Shown here: positions 17,557 to 26,444 of the stretch, in pieces
How positions within the stretch are numbered: position 1 is the stretch's first letter
How the letters are laid out: each line of letters begins with the position of its first letter
NCBI GenBank assembly: GCA_963704705.1
Contig: OY969931.1
Coordinates: forward strand, 1,260,001-1,292,000
Length of the DNA stretch: 32,000 bases
Direction: 5' to 3'
Origin: an uncultured bacterium
GTDB lineage: Bacteria; Patescibacteriota; Gracilibacteria; UBA1369; PNNO01
Translations under genes and position numbers: made by a program
The notes under the pieces: model-generated
What the model saw: the letters and a program-made list of their open reading frames with translations, nothing else
Databases searched by the model: none
Told to the model about the DNA's origin: nothing

Positions 17557-18681
17557 TTAATCACAAATACGCATTGGCTCATTTGCGATAGCTTTTGCGT
17601 AATGTACCGTTAAATAATACTTGTTCGCATCATCGTCAATTGCAATACCCAAACCAATAATATTGTAATTAGGGCTAACTATGCTGTCATAGTGAGCAGT
17701 GTAAGACGTACCTTTCTCACCTATAAAAAAGTTGAATCCTTTTCGTATGGAATCGATCATATCTTGCGTGCAGTCCTCGGCGTCAACATCACAATAGTAC
17801 ATTTCCCATGCAATATTTTCACTGAACATATTGTTTTCAAATTCAAGACCGAGCGCTTTAAACCAGTCCAAAATACCGTAAAAGTCATAGTAGCCTGAAG
17901 ATGTGTCGCGTTTGTGGTCCATGTAACCGCGATCGCGTGAAGTCTTACTCCAGATTATTGCAGTTCGATTCAATTGATCATTATATGTGTAGTCTTGAAG
18001 GCCGAGTGCACGACGTTCTTCGTTGTACCATGAAAGCCATATTTCGCGCACCTTATCCATATTAATATTCGCCGGAAGATCTTCGCCAAGCGGCTGGCAT
18101 GGTGAATTTTTAAGGCTCTGGGCTGCGGGCTGATCATGCTTTTTTTCCATAATTCGCCATATCATTTCCGCCATTTCCTGACGTGTAATCTCATGATCCG
18201 CATACTCAATCGAATCCGGAATATATTTTTGAGCGAGTAAAGTTTCAGTATATTCGCTGTACCAATCTGCGCCAACTGGCTGAACTCTTGGAATTTCAAA
18301 AACATTAACAAGAATTTTTGATGCTTCAGCCATATTTATGTTATTTGCAGGTCCAAAACTACCATCGGGGTATCCGCTAATAATCCCTTCGGATTTTGCA
18401 TAGCAAACATAAGAAGCAAACCACTGGGCTGCATAAAAATCATTAAAACAAGCGTCAGCAAAAGAAGTTGGATTCTCCCCTGTCTTTGCTTCAATCAAAA
18501 TCTTTGTGAATTCCGCTCTGTTGATTGGATTGTCAGGACGGAATGTTCCGTCTTCGTAACCCTGCACAATCCCGGCATCGGTAATGTAGTCGATTGCCGT
18601 ATTGTCTGAAACGTCAGAATAAGCGAAACTAGTTGGAATAATTAATACAGTCATCAAAATAGCTACGAATAACTTTTTCAT
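17557..18681 (-). CDS. Secreted protein with SLH repeats and a C-terminal CAP/SCP (PR-1-like) domain
   Basis: Signal peptide; SLH repeats (YSDVSDNTAIDYITDAGIVQGYEDGTFRPDNPINRAEFTKILIEA; YAKSEGIISGYPDGSFGPANNINMAEASKILVNVF); CAP-like WYNEERRALGLQDYTYNDQLNRTAIIWS...FSENIAWEMY...HYDSIVSPNYNIIGLGIA...YLTVHYA. Confidence 0.88.
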   Translation of the reverse strand: MKKLFVAILMTVLIIPTSFAYSDVSDNTAIDYITDAGIVQGYEDGTFRPDNPINRAEFTKILIEAKTGENPTSFADACFNDFYAAQWFASYVCYAKSEGIISGYPDGSFGPANNINMAEASKILVNVFEIPRVQPVGADWYSEYTETLLAQKYIPDSIEYADHEITRQEMAEMIWRIMEKKHDQPAAQSLKNSPCQPLGEDLPANINMDKVREIWLSWYNEERRALGLQDYTYNDQLNRTAIIWSKTSRDRGYMDHKRDTSSGYYDFYGILDWFKALGLEFENNMFSENIAWEMYYCDVDAEDCTQDMIDSIRKGFNFFIGEKGTSYTAHYDSIVSPNYNIIGLGIAIDDDANKYYLTVHYAKAIANEPMRICD

Positions 18682-18714
18682 AATAAATTAGATTATTTTC
18701 GCAGCTATTATAGC

Positions 18715-19206
18715 TTATCTTATTTTTGAAAGTACACCATCAACTTTATTGGACAATTCATCAACAAGTTCACAAATATCAACCGAAGTTATTATATCGC
18801 TTGCTGTTAAATCGGTAGTTCTACGAGCAAGAAAATGGGTGACATCATTTAAAAAGTTAATATGCCAGTTTGCATCTATAAACTCATCTTCCGGATCCAA
18901 AGCCGTTAAAGTGTTCGAATAAAAATGACCCAAATTAAATTGGGCTCCTTTGGTTTGGATTAACATAAAAGAATATATAGTTATCATTATATCACGCATC
19001 ATTTTCTGATTTGCTTCCACTTTTAAGTTAATTTCGTCTGCCAAAGGATATATCTTTGCTTCTTCTTTTATCTCAAACTGAGCTAAATAACTACTTGCCA
19101 GTTTCATAAAAGCTCTCTTAAGTGATTCCAGTTTTTGCCTTTGATTATCTGTTAATTCTAGCTGGGGAGCATTAGCTTCATGTGATGGTTGGTTTGTCTC
19201 AGACAT
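18715..19206 (-). CDS. Hypothetical cytoplasmic helical protein, 163 aa
   Basis: Intact ORF with plausible composition; no recognised motif. Confidence 0.65.
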   Translation of the reverse strand: MSETNQPSHEANAPQLELTDNQRQKLESLKRAFMKLASSYLAQFEIKEEAKIYPLADEINLKVEANQKMMRDIMITIYSFMLIQTKGAQFNLGHFYSNTLTALDPEDEFIDANWHINFLNDVTHFLARRTTDLTASDIITSVDICELVDELSNKVDGVLSKIR

Positions 19207-19291
19207 TATTAAATAAATTAATTGTAAAAAGGGTTTATTTTTACATAAATATATTTATTTGTCAAGTTGATAGCTCGAATAATTAAATTAT

Positions 19292-19299
19292 GGTATAAT
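19292..19299 (+). promoter_or_regulatory. Extended -10 promoter element (TGG)TATAAT 6 nt upstream of the mgtE ATG
   Basis: TGGTATAAT at 19291-19299; ATG at 19306. Confidence 0.5.
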
Positions 19300-19305
19300 A
19301 TACAT

Positions 19306-20568
19306 ATGGAAAAACAAAAAAAACCAACAAAAAATCACTGGGTTAAAAAAATCATAGCTGCCCCGGAAGAAAAACTAAAAATATTCAGACAAATTCCTGT
19401 TAATCAACAGGGCTTTATTCTGTTTCAGTTAACAAAAGTTTTAAGAGCGGAAATCCTAAATAATCTGCATTACAAAGAAATTAAAAAACTCATCCATTAT
19501 CTTGATCCGGATGAAATGACTGATCTTTTGCAGCTTATTAAGCATAGTAAAAGAAAAAAAATAATAAAAACTCTTAGCAGTGAAATTAAAGAAAAAATAG
19601 AGTTTCTTTTGGATTTTAATCCAAAAACAGCAGCAGGAATGATGAGCCTTGATTATATTGAAGTGCCTGTTGGGCATTCATTTAATCAAGTTAGCAGAAT
19701 CATCCACCGACATGAAAAAAGAACAGGTAAATTCCCTGCAATTCTTGTTGTTGATGACGGATTTCTATTGGGTGAACTAATGGGATACAAATTTGCCCTT
19801 CATGAAGGGAATGAAAAAATAGATAAATTTTATCATAAAATACCTTCAGTGAAATTTAATGCTTCTGAACCAGAAATTATTGAAAAATTCAAAAAAAATC
19901 CACATAACAAAATCGTTGTACTTGATGAAGATGACAGTATTATGGGTGTGATTTATTCCGATGATATTCTCCAATTAATCGAAGAAAAACCCTCTAACTC
20001 TTTGAGAGAGTTCGCGGGTGTTAGCGAAGAAGAGGATGTTTTGGATAATGCTCTTAAGAAAGTTAAACATCGATATAAATGGCTTATCGTGAACCTTGGC
20101 ACTGCATTCTTAGCTGCTTCGGTTGTTGGTTTATTTGAATCAACTATCTCAGCTTTTGTACTTTTGGCTGTTTACATGCCGATTGTTGCAGGAATGGGAG
20201 GAAACGCCGGTACTCAAACTTTGGCAGTAACTGTTCGCGGAATCGCGCTTAAAGAAATTAGTCTGGAAACAGGGAAAAACGTTGTTATCAACGAAGTTTT
20301 GGCTGGTGGAATCAATGGAATCATTAATGGAATTATAGTTGCGCTAATTGCTACCTTATGGAATCAAAATCCATTACTGGGCCTTGTTCTTGCCGTTGCG
20401 ATGATTATAAATTTAATGACAGCAGGATTTTTCGGAACCGTTATCCCATTGTTAATGAAAAAACTTGGTAAAGACCCTGCATCATCAGCTACAATATTTA
20501 TTACAACCGCAACAGATGTATTTGGATTCTTTGTGTTCTTAGGACTAGCAAGCATAGTACTTACTTAG
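19306..20568 (+). CDS. mgtE: MgtE-type magnesium transporter with CBS domains
   Basis: N-terminal MgtE_N-like region, CBS-like middle, and hallmark MPIVAGMGGNAGTQTLAVTVRGIAL. The start is trimmed to MEKQKKPTKN. Confidence 0.93.
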   Translation: MEKQKKPTKNHWVKKIIAAPEEKLKIFRQIPVNQQGFILFQLTKVLRAEILNNLHYKEIKKLIHYLDPDEMTDLLQLIKHSKRKKIIKTLSSEIKEKIEFLLDFNPKTAAGMMSLDYIEVPVGHSFNQVSRIIHRHEKRTGKFPAILVVDDGFLLGELMGYKFALHEGNEKIDKFYHKIPSVKFNASEPEIIEKFKKNPHNKIVVLDEDDSIMGVIYSDDILQLIEEKPSNSLREFAGVSEEEDVLDNALKKVKHRYKWLIVNLGTAFLAASVVGLFESTISAFVLLAVYMPIVAGMGGNAGTQTLAVTVRGIALKEISLETGKNVVINEVLAGGINGIINGIIVALIATLWNQNPLLGLVLAVAMIINLMTAGFFGTVIPLLMKKLGKDPASSATIFITTATDVFGFFVFLGLASIVLT

Positions 20569-20583
20569 CAACTAATAACTATT

Positions 20584-21750
20584 ATGAATATTTTTCTTTT
20601 TTTAGCAGGATTTTTTCTTCTCACTTATTTATTGGGTCTTTTGTTTGAAAAAATTTATATACCATGGATTTTTTCAGCGTTAATAATAGGAGTTTTTCTT
20701 TCGGTTTATAATCCATTTATAGATATCACTTCATCTGAGACATTTGGCTTTCTTTCTAAGCTTGGTATGTACTTTATGCTCTTTATGATCGGATTTGAGA
20801 TTAATCTGCCGGCAATGCTAAAAAGAAGTAAAAATATAATTTCAGCCACTTTTTTTATTATTTTTCTTGAAGCTGCATTTGGAACGCTTTTTATATACTT
20901 TATTTTTCACATTTCCCTGTTTGTTGCTTTTTTAGTTGCACTTTCGTTTGCAACAGTTGGAGAATCAATACTTATTCCAATACTCGAAAAATATAAGCTG
21001 GTTAATAAACCGCTTGGGGAATATATAATCGGCATAGGCACACTCGATGATTCAATTGAGATTTTAGCGCTTGTGTTAATGACTCTGTTAATTGGCGCAC
21101 AAGCAAACACCGGGGTGAATTTATATGTAACATTTGGTGCATTAACGATTTTATTTATTTTGACATTTGGATTCAGATTTCTTGGTAAACACGGAAAAAA
21201 ATTCAACTCTCCTAACCTTGAAAGTATATTTTTAATATCTCTTTTTGTTTTATTTTTGTTTATAGGCGTAAGTCTGTTTGCTGACAGTGCTCCTCTTGGT
21301 GCATTGCTCGCCGGAATTTCTTTAAAAATATTTATGCCGGAAAAACGCTATAAATTTATTGAAAGCGAAATCAAATCAATGAGTTACGGATTTTTTGCTC
21401 CTATATTCTATTTATGGATCGGTTCGACCTTGGAACTTAATTACATTTTAAGCGCGCCTTTAATAATTATTGCGCTCATGGTACTAACCAACGGACTTAA
21501 AATTCTGGGCAGTTATATTATTGGCAGAAAAAAACTTGGTTTAAAAAATTCTTTCATTATGGGGATTGGCCTATCGGCCCGTTTCAGTACCAGCATCATC
21601 CTTGTTAAAATTCTCTACGAAAATAACATTATTCAGCAGGATCTTTATTCAATAATAGTTGCTTCAAGTGTATTATTTACAATTATTATTCCTCTGTTGT
21701 TTTCATTTTTAATCGCTAAAGTCCCCATATCCACGCAGCCATCAAAGTAG
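20584..21750 (+). CDS. CPA-type cation:proton antiporter (Na+/H+ or K+/H+), membrane domain only
   Basis: Multi-pass membrane protein with PWIFSALIIGVFLSVYNPF, TVGESILIPILEKYKLVN, IGTLDDSIEI, FSTSIILVKILYENNI; close paralogue of 23516..24682. Confidence 0.85.
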   Translation: MNIFLFLAGFFLLTYLLGLLFEKIYIPWIFSALIIGVFLSVYNPFIDITSSETFGFLSKLGMYFMLFMIGFEINLPAMLKRSKNIISATFFIIFLEAAFGTLFIYFIFHISLFVAFLVALSFATVGESILIPILEKYKLVNKPLGEYIIGIGTLDDSIEILALVLMTLLIGAQANTGVNLYVTFGALTILFILTFGFRFLGKHGKKFNSPNLESIFLISLFVLFLFIGVSLFADSAPLGALLAGISLKIFMPEKRYKFIESEIKSMSYGFFAPIFYLWIGSTLELNYILSAPLIIIALMVLTNGLKILGSYIIGRKKLGLKNSFIMGIGLSARFSTSIILVKILYENNIIQQDLYSIIVASSVLFTIIIPLLFSFLIAKVPISTQPSK

Positions 21751-23476
21751 TTGTGAATAACAGAATTATATTAAGTGGCAGCCCTACTTTTGCGAAATCA
21801 GTAAATTTATAATTACCGATTTGATAAATCATTATATTGGTCTGATAACTAATAGGTGTAAGAAACGAAGTTGCTGCCGCAAACATAACGACAACCAGGA
21901 AAGGTAAAGGATTAAGACCCATTTCAGCGGCTATAGTTATACCGATTGGTGCAAATAAAATTACAGCTGCATTATTAGAAACAACCTGAGTTAATAAAGT
22001 TGTCATTATATAAAAAATCCCCAACAAAACAATCGGGTGTACCTGGTGGCCAAAGTCGGAAATGAATCCTGCAATCATATCAGTAGCTCCGGTTTTTTCA
22101 AGTGCTATACCAAGCGGAATAATTCCTGCCAATAAGAATATAACCTGCCAGTTAACAGCGCCATAACCTTCTTTTAAGCTTACAACTCTAAATAAAGCCA
22201 TTAATACAACTCCGGTTAAGGCAGCTACCATTATCGGCACAACCTGAAATGCAGCAAGTAAAACAACAATTAAAAGTATTGGTACTGCATATTTAATTCT
22301 GCTCGATCTGTAAGGGCCAACAACTTCTCCGATATAAACAAAATCTTCACTTAATTTCATTATATCGATAGTTGAAGGAGGGCCTTTAACCAATAAAATA
22401 TCAGTGAATTTTAATGGAACTGCGTTAATACTTTTCTTAATTTTCTTATTTGCGCGTTTTACAGCAAGCACAGCGGCGTGATACCTGTCTGTAAAACTTA
22501 TTGATGTAATTGTCTGATGTATAAGCGACGAACCTTCTGCTACCATAAACTGATCAATAACATAATCTTTGCCTGTTTCAGTATATTTAACTCCTGATTC
22601 CAGTTTGATCAAAGCTTCACTGTCAGCCTGCAACAGTTTAAGCCTTGAACCATGTATCGAAAGCACATCATCCTGTTCGATTGTGTAATCTTCAAGATCG
22701 CGTCTGTAAACTTTACCGTCTCGGGTAATACTAAATATTTCAATGCCATAATCTTTAAGTTTTGACTGATTTATCTTTTTACCAATAAGCTCTGATTCCT
22801 GCGGCAAAATAGCTTCAGCGTTATATTTTAATTTTTTATAAGGATCTGTTATATCGGTATGACCTTCACGTTTTGGAAGCAAATATTTACCTATGGTTAA
22901 AAAGTAAACTACTACTATCAAAAATACGAAAATTCCAAGTTTAGAAATTTCAAAAAGATTCAAAGGGGCATAACCTGCTCTTACATAAATATTGTTTGCA
23001 AGAATGTTTGAACTTGAACCTAGCAATGTTATTGTACCCGCAGCCATCGAAATAAATGATAAAGGTATTAAGAGCTGTGTTGCAAAAGTTTTGGTTTTGC
23101 GGCTCATATCCATAACCATTGGCGCCAAAATTGAAACAGAAGGCGTATTGTTAATAAACGCGCCCAATGAACTTATTCCGGAAATAGCAACCAGCTGGCG
23201 GAAATAAGTTTTTGTAATTTGCAAAATTTTTTCACCCAATATACGCACAACTCCAGATCGCTGAATTCCTTCAGAAATAATAAACATGGCCAAAACCGTG
23301 ATTGTAGCGGGGTTGGAAAATCCGCTAACTGCTTCTTCCGGAGTAACCAGGCCTGTAAGAAGCAATACTACTATTGCTAAAAGCGCTACAAGATCAACCG
23401 GGTATTTTTCAGTGGCAAACAAAACAAAAACAACAACGGTAATTACTATTGTTAAAAAGAGAGGAAATGTAATCAT
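21716..23476 (-). CDS. SLC13/DASS-like transporter with internal TrkA-C (RCK_C)-like domains
   Basis: EKYPVDLVALLAIVVLLLTGLVTPEEAVSGFSNPATITVLAMFIISEGI; soluble middle (LKDYGIEIFSITRDGKVYRRDLEDYTIEQDDVLSIHGS); C-terminal TTLLTQVVSNNAAVILFAPIGITIA. Confidence 0.9.
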   Translation of the reverse strand: MITFPLFLTIVITVVVFVLFATEKYPVDLVALLAIVVLLLTGLVTPEEAVSGFSNPATITVLAMFIISEGIQRSGVVRILGEKILQITKTYFRQLVAISGISSLGAFINNTPSVSILAPMVMDMSRKTKTFATQLLIPLSFISMAAGTITLLGSSSNILANNIYVRAGYAPLNLFEISKLGIFVFLIVVVYFLTIGKYLLPKREGHTDITDPYKKLKYNAEAILPQESELIGKKINQSKLKDYGIEIFSITRDGKVYRRDLEDYTIEQDDVLSIHGSRLKLLQADSEALIKLESGVKYTETGKDYVIDQFMVAEGSSLIHQTITSISFTDRYHAAVLAVKRANKKIKKSINAVPLKFTDILLVKGPPSTIDIMKLSEDFVYIGEVVGPYRSSRIKYAVPILLIVVLLAAFQVVPIMVAALTGVVLMALFRVVSLKEGYGAVNWQVIFLLAGIIPLGIALEKTGATDMIAGFISDFGHQVHPIVLLGIFYIMTTLLTQVVSNNAAVILFAPIGITIAAEMGLNPLPFLVVVMFAAATSFLTPISYQTNIMIYQIGNYKFTDFAKVGLPLNIILLFTTTLMAAWIWGL

Positions 23477-23515
23477 GATAAAAAATTATAACAAGGCTTT
23501 AACATTATTATAATA

Positions 23516-24682
23516 TCAATCCACGGCTTTAACAAATTTCCACCTCCGAAGCAACCATGAGAAAAGAAGAGGAACAATAAATTTAAATACAATACTTGAA
23601 GCAATTATAACTGAAAATAAATCAGAACCAATCACTTCTGCTTCATAAAGTATTTTGATTATAATAATACTTGTGCTGAATCTTACAGATAAGCCAATCC
23701 CCAGTAAAACAGATTGTTTAACTCCGAGCTCTTTTCTTCCCATTATATAACTGCCCAATAACTTTGCACTGTTAGATACAGCTACAACTAAAAGTACAAG
23801 CAGCGGAAATTGGATTAGATAATGAACATCCATTTCAAGACCTACCTGCAAAAAGAAAAGTGGTGCAAAAAACCCGTAGCACATGGTTTTTATTTCACTG
23901 TCAATTAACTTGAGCCTATCTTCCGGCACAAATGTTTTAATTGCTAACCCGGCAAGTAACGCTGCCACAGGCATTGAATGTGCAAATTCGCCAATCCCCA
24001 AAAACAAAAAGAATATAAATAAAGAAAAAAGAAATATGATATTTACAGATAGATGCATAAATTTTATCCCTCTTCTGCGTAAAAAGGTCATTCCAAAAGA
24101 TAATCCAAACAATAACGCCAAAGAACCAAGCACAGAAATAATATCAAAATTGGTTGTAGAATTTTTCATTAAAAAAACCACCATTATTAAGGTAATTAAT
24201 TCAATGATGTCATCAAGAGTGCCGATTCCAAGTATACTTTGTCCGAGTTTTGTATTTATTATTTTGAATTCATCCAGAATAGGAATTAAAATCGCCTCTC
24301 CTACTGTTGCAAAAGATAAAGATACAACAAATGAAACAAACCATTCATAACCGAATACAAAATGAATTAATAATGTCCCGACAATTCCTTCAAGAAATAT
24401 TATAAAAAATGTTGATTTAACAATAAACTTACCCGACTTTTTAAGCTTAGATAAATCCAATTCAAGCCCAATCATAAACAAAAGAAAGTACATTCCGAGT
24501 TTTGCCAGAAAATCAAAAGTCTCACTCGAAGTAATTTCAATAAAAGGGTTATAAAAAGCCAAAACAGCGCCTAAAAGCAATGCCGCGAATACCCATGGTA
24601 CCCGTACTTTTTCAATAATTCTTCCCAGGACAAATGTAAGAAGAAAAACTAAACTTAAAAATAAAAAAATATTAAACATCAC
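23516..24682 (-). CDS. CPA-type cation:proton antiporter, membrane domain only (paralogue of 20584..21750)
   Basis: VPWVFAALLLGAVLAFYNPFIEITSSETFDFLAKLGMYFLLFMIGLELDL, TVGEAILIPILDEFKIINTK, LGIGTLDDIIELI. Confidence 0.87.
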   Translation of the reverse strand: MMFNIFLFLSLVFLLTFVLGRIIEKVRVPWVFAALLLGAVLAFYNPFIEITSSETFDFLAKLGMYFLLFMIGLELDLSKLKKSGKFIVKSTFFIIFLEGIVGTLLIHFVFGYEWFVSFVVSLSFATVGEAILIPILDEFKIINTKLGQSILGIGTLDDIIELITLIMVVFLMKNSTTNFDIISVLGSLALLFGLSFGMTFLRRRGIKFMHLSVNIIFLFSLFIFFLFLGIGEFAHSMPVAALLAGLAIKTFVPEDRLKLIDSEIKTMCYGFFAPLFFLQVGLEMDVHYLIQFPLLVLLVVAVSNSAKLLGSYIMGRKELGVKQSVLLGIGLSVRFSTSIIIIKILYEAEVIGSDLFSVIIASSIVFKFIVPLLFSWLLRRWKFVKAVD

Positions 24683-24704
24683 AAAAATTTACTTTTATTA
24701 CAGC

Positions 24705-25301
24705 TTATATTTTTATTCCAAGATGCTCAAGCAAAAAGGTATACGAAAGAATAATTATCGCAATTAATATAATAAAACAAACAATAATAATTTTATGCTT
24801 AAGCCCATGTTTTATAAATTTTTTCCTACTCTTGTTTTTAATTACATCAATCAGTTCATCTCCGAAATAAATGGATAAATAAGTACCCAATGCAGAAAGT
24901 ATTATAATCGACCAAAATGGAAACGGATTGGTAAGAATATGTTTAAATATCTTAAGCAATCCTGTTTTTTCATATATACCCTGATTAAAGAAAATAGAAT
25001 ATAAATTTATCAGTGTAGCTAGTGTCCATACAAACATTTCTGAAAAAATCATGCGCATTTTAGTGATTAGTCTGACTGGAAAATCAAGTAAAAATCCCGC
25101 ATCTGCGATTGGAGTGCAAAAAACAAAAAATGACCAAGTAAGAATGGTTGCTGAAAGACCATCTTTTAGTCCATATTTAAAAGCCAGAAATATAAAATAA
25201 GAAACCAGAACCAACAAAAGCAGAACGAACTTAATCAAGACTTTACGCTTGGTTTCATGATGAAAATAAACGTTATTTTTAATTTTTTTAAAAATAGACA
25301 C
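24705..25301 (-). CDS. Multi-pass membrane protein of unknown function
   Basis: Several hydrophobic segments; GTG start at 25299-25301. Confidence 0.7.
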   Translation of the reverse strand: MSIFKKIKNNVYFHHETKRKVLIKFVLLLLVLVSYFIFLAFKYGLKDGLSATILTWSFFVFCTPIADAGFLLDFPVRLITKMRMIFSEMFVWTLATLINLYSIFFNQGIYEKTGLLKIFKHILTNPFPFWSIIILSALGTYLSIYFGDELIDVIKNKSRKKFIKHGLKHKIIIVCFIILIAIIILSYTFLLEHLGIKI

Positions 25302-25307
25302 GTTTTT

Positions 25308-25316
25308 ATTATACCA
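25308..25316 (-). promoter_or_regulatory. Minus-strand extended -10 element (TGG)TATAAT 6 nt before the GTG start
   Basis: The complement of ATTATACCA reads TGGTATAAT. Confidence 0.45.
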
Positions 25317-25344
25317 AAGTTAAAAATAATTAATACTCACCTTA

Positions 25345-25372
25345 TTGACCAATATTTTATTTATGGTATAAT
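25345..25372 (+). promoter_or_regulatory. Sigma70-like promoter TTGACC-N16-TATAAT with extended -10 TGG
   Basis: -35 at 25345-25350 and -10 at 25367-25372, upstream of the gene starting at 25416. Confidence 0.7.
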
Positions 25373-25415
25373 GTATATAAGTAAAAAACCATTTTATTAT
25401 TTAACAAAAACAAAA

Positions 25416-26378
25416 ATGGAACAAAAAGTTGTTAAGCTTGAAATCGGCAAGCTTATAGCAATCATTATCGGGGTTGCTGTAATTGCTATTCTTGCGACAA
25501 TGGTGCTTCAGGGGGGATATTTCAAGGGACAATTAATCGAAACTGACAGAGATGCTCTTAGCGTCTTCCAGTCAAACATTGAAAAGGGTATAGATGCAAA
25601 TATGGTTGTTAATGATTATCTAGCCACTACAGGCAAAACACTTAATACTGCTGATCAGGATTTACTTATTAAACGTGTTGAATCTGATATAAGCGCAAAT
25701 ATTGAGCCTTCTATGATTGCTTCAGACTTTAATTCAGATATCTATGCAATTGAAAGCGGCATAAAAGTAGCTGAAGTTAATCATGATGCTGAAATTGAAA
25801 TTGAAAACCTTCTTAAAAATTTCGATTCAGGTATGGCTAAGATTGAAACTGACCGGGAAAGCTTCCAGATTGAAACTGTTGGGAAGTCAATTCCTCAATT
25901 TAGTGATAAACTAATCGGTTTATTAAAAGGCAGTGAATTTGAAAAAAGTATTGATATCGTCAAAACAGATATAGATGCAAAATTAAAGGAATTTAATGCT
26001 GCAATTGATAAAGGAATCGAATTTGATGCTGCTTTTGATAAATATTTCGGCTCTATGACTCTTTCTGACTTTGGAATTGAAAAACCAAATGATGAGTTAC
26101 AAAAAGGATTCGATATAATTAAACGTGATTTCGGCATTGTAGTTGGAAAAGCAATTGAAAGCCGGGACTTTAGCGTTGATGTTGATAAAGTTATTATTGA
26201 ATTTGAAAAGGGTCTTGATTCTGTTATGAGTGACGCTCCATCTGTAGATACTAAAGTATTAAATGATTTTTCAGTAGGATTGGATAAACTTAAAGTAGGA
26301 CTTGATTCAGGAGTATCTATTCCTGCATATCAACGTGATGTAGATGTATTTGCAAGGGACTTTGGATTTCAATTCTAA
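25416..26378 (+). CDS. Single-pass membrane-anchored protein with helical extracytoplasmic domain, unknown function
   Basis: MEQKVVKLEIGKLIAIIIGVAVIAILATMVLQGG, then amphipathic repeats. The start is trimmed from 25257 because the extension overlaps the divergent gene and the promoter. Confidence 0.8.
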   Translation: MEQKVVKLEIGKLIAIIIGVAVIAILATMVLQGGYFKGQLIETDRDALSVFQSNIEKGIDANMVVNDYLATTGKTLNTADQDLLIKRVESDISANIEPSMIASDFNSDIYAIESGIKVAEVNHDAEIEIENLLKNFDSGMAKIETDRESFQIETVGKSIPQFSDKLIGLLKGSEFEKSIDIVKTDIDAKLKEFNAAIDKGIEFDAAFDKYFGSMTLSDFGIEKPNDELQKGFDIIKRDFGIVVGKAIESRDFSVDVDKVIIEFEKGLDSVMSDAPSVDTKVLNDFSVGLDKLKVGLDSGVSIPAYQRDVDVFARDFGFQF

Positions 26379-26394
26379 TTTATAAGGTTTCATT

Positions 26395-26425
26395 AAAAGC
26401 CCTGTATTAAATTGCGGGGCTTTTT
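26395..26425 (+). terminator. Intrinsic terminator, likely bidirectional
   Basis: AAAAGCCC ... GGGCTTTTT between convergent genes. Confidence 0.8.
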
Positions 26426-26444
26426 ATTTAAAGTAAATATTGAA

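Noticed and set aside
25257-25415. N-terminal extension of the ORF starting at 25257
   Set aside because: It runs antisense through the start of 24705..25301 and over the promoter at 25345-25372. The TM-anchored start at 25416 is far more plausible.
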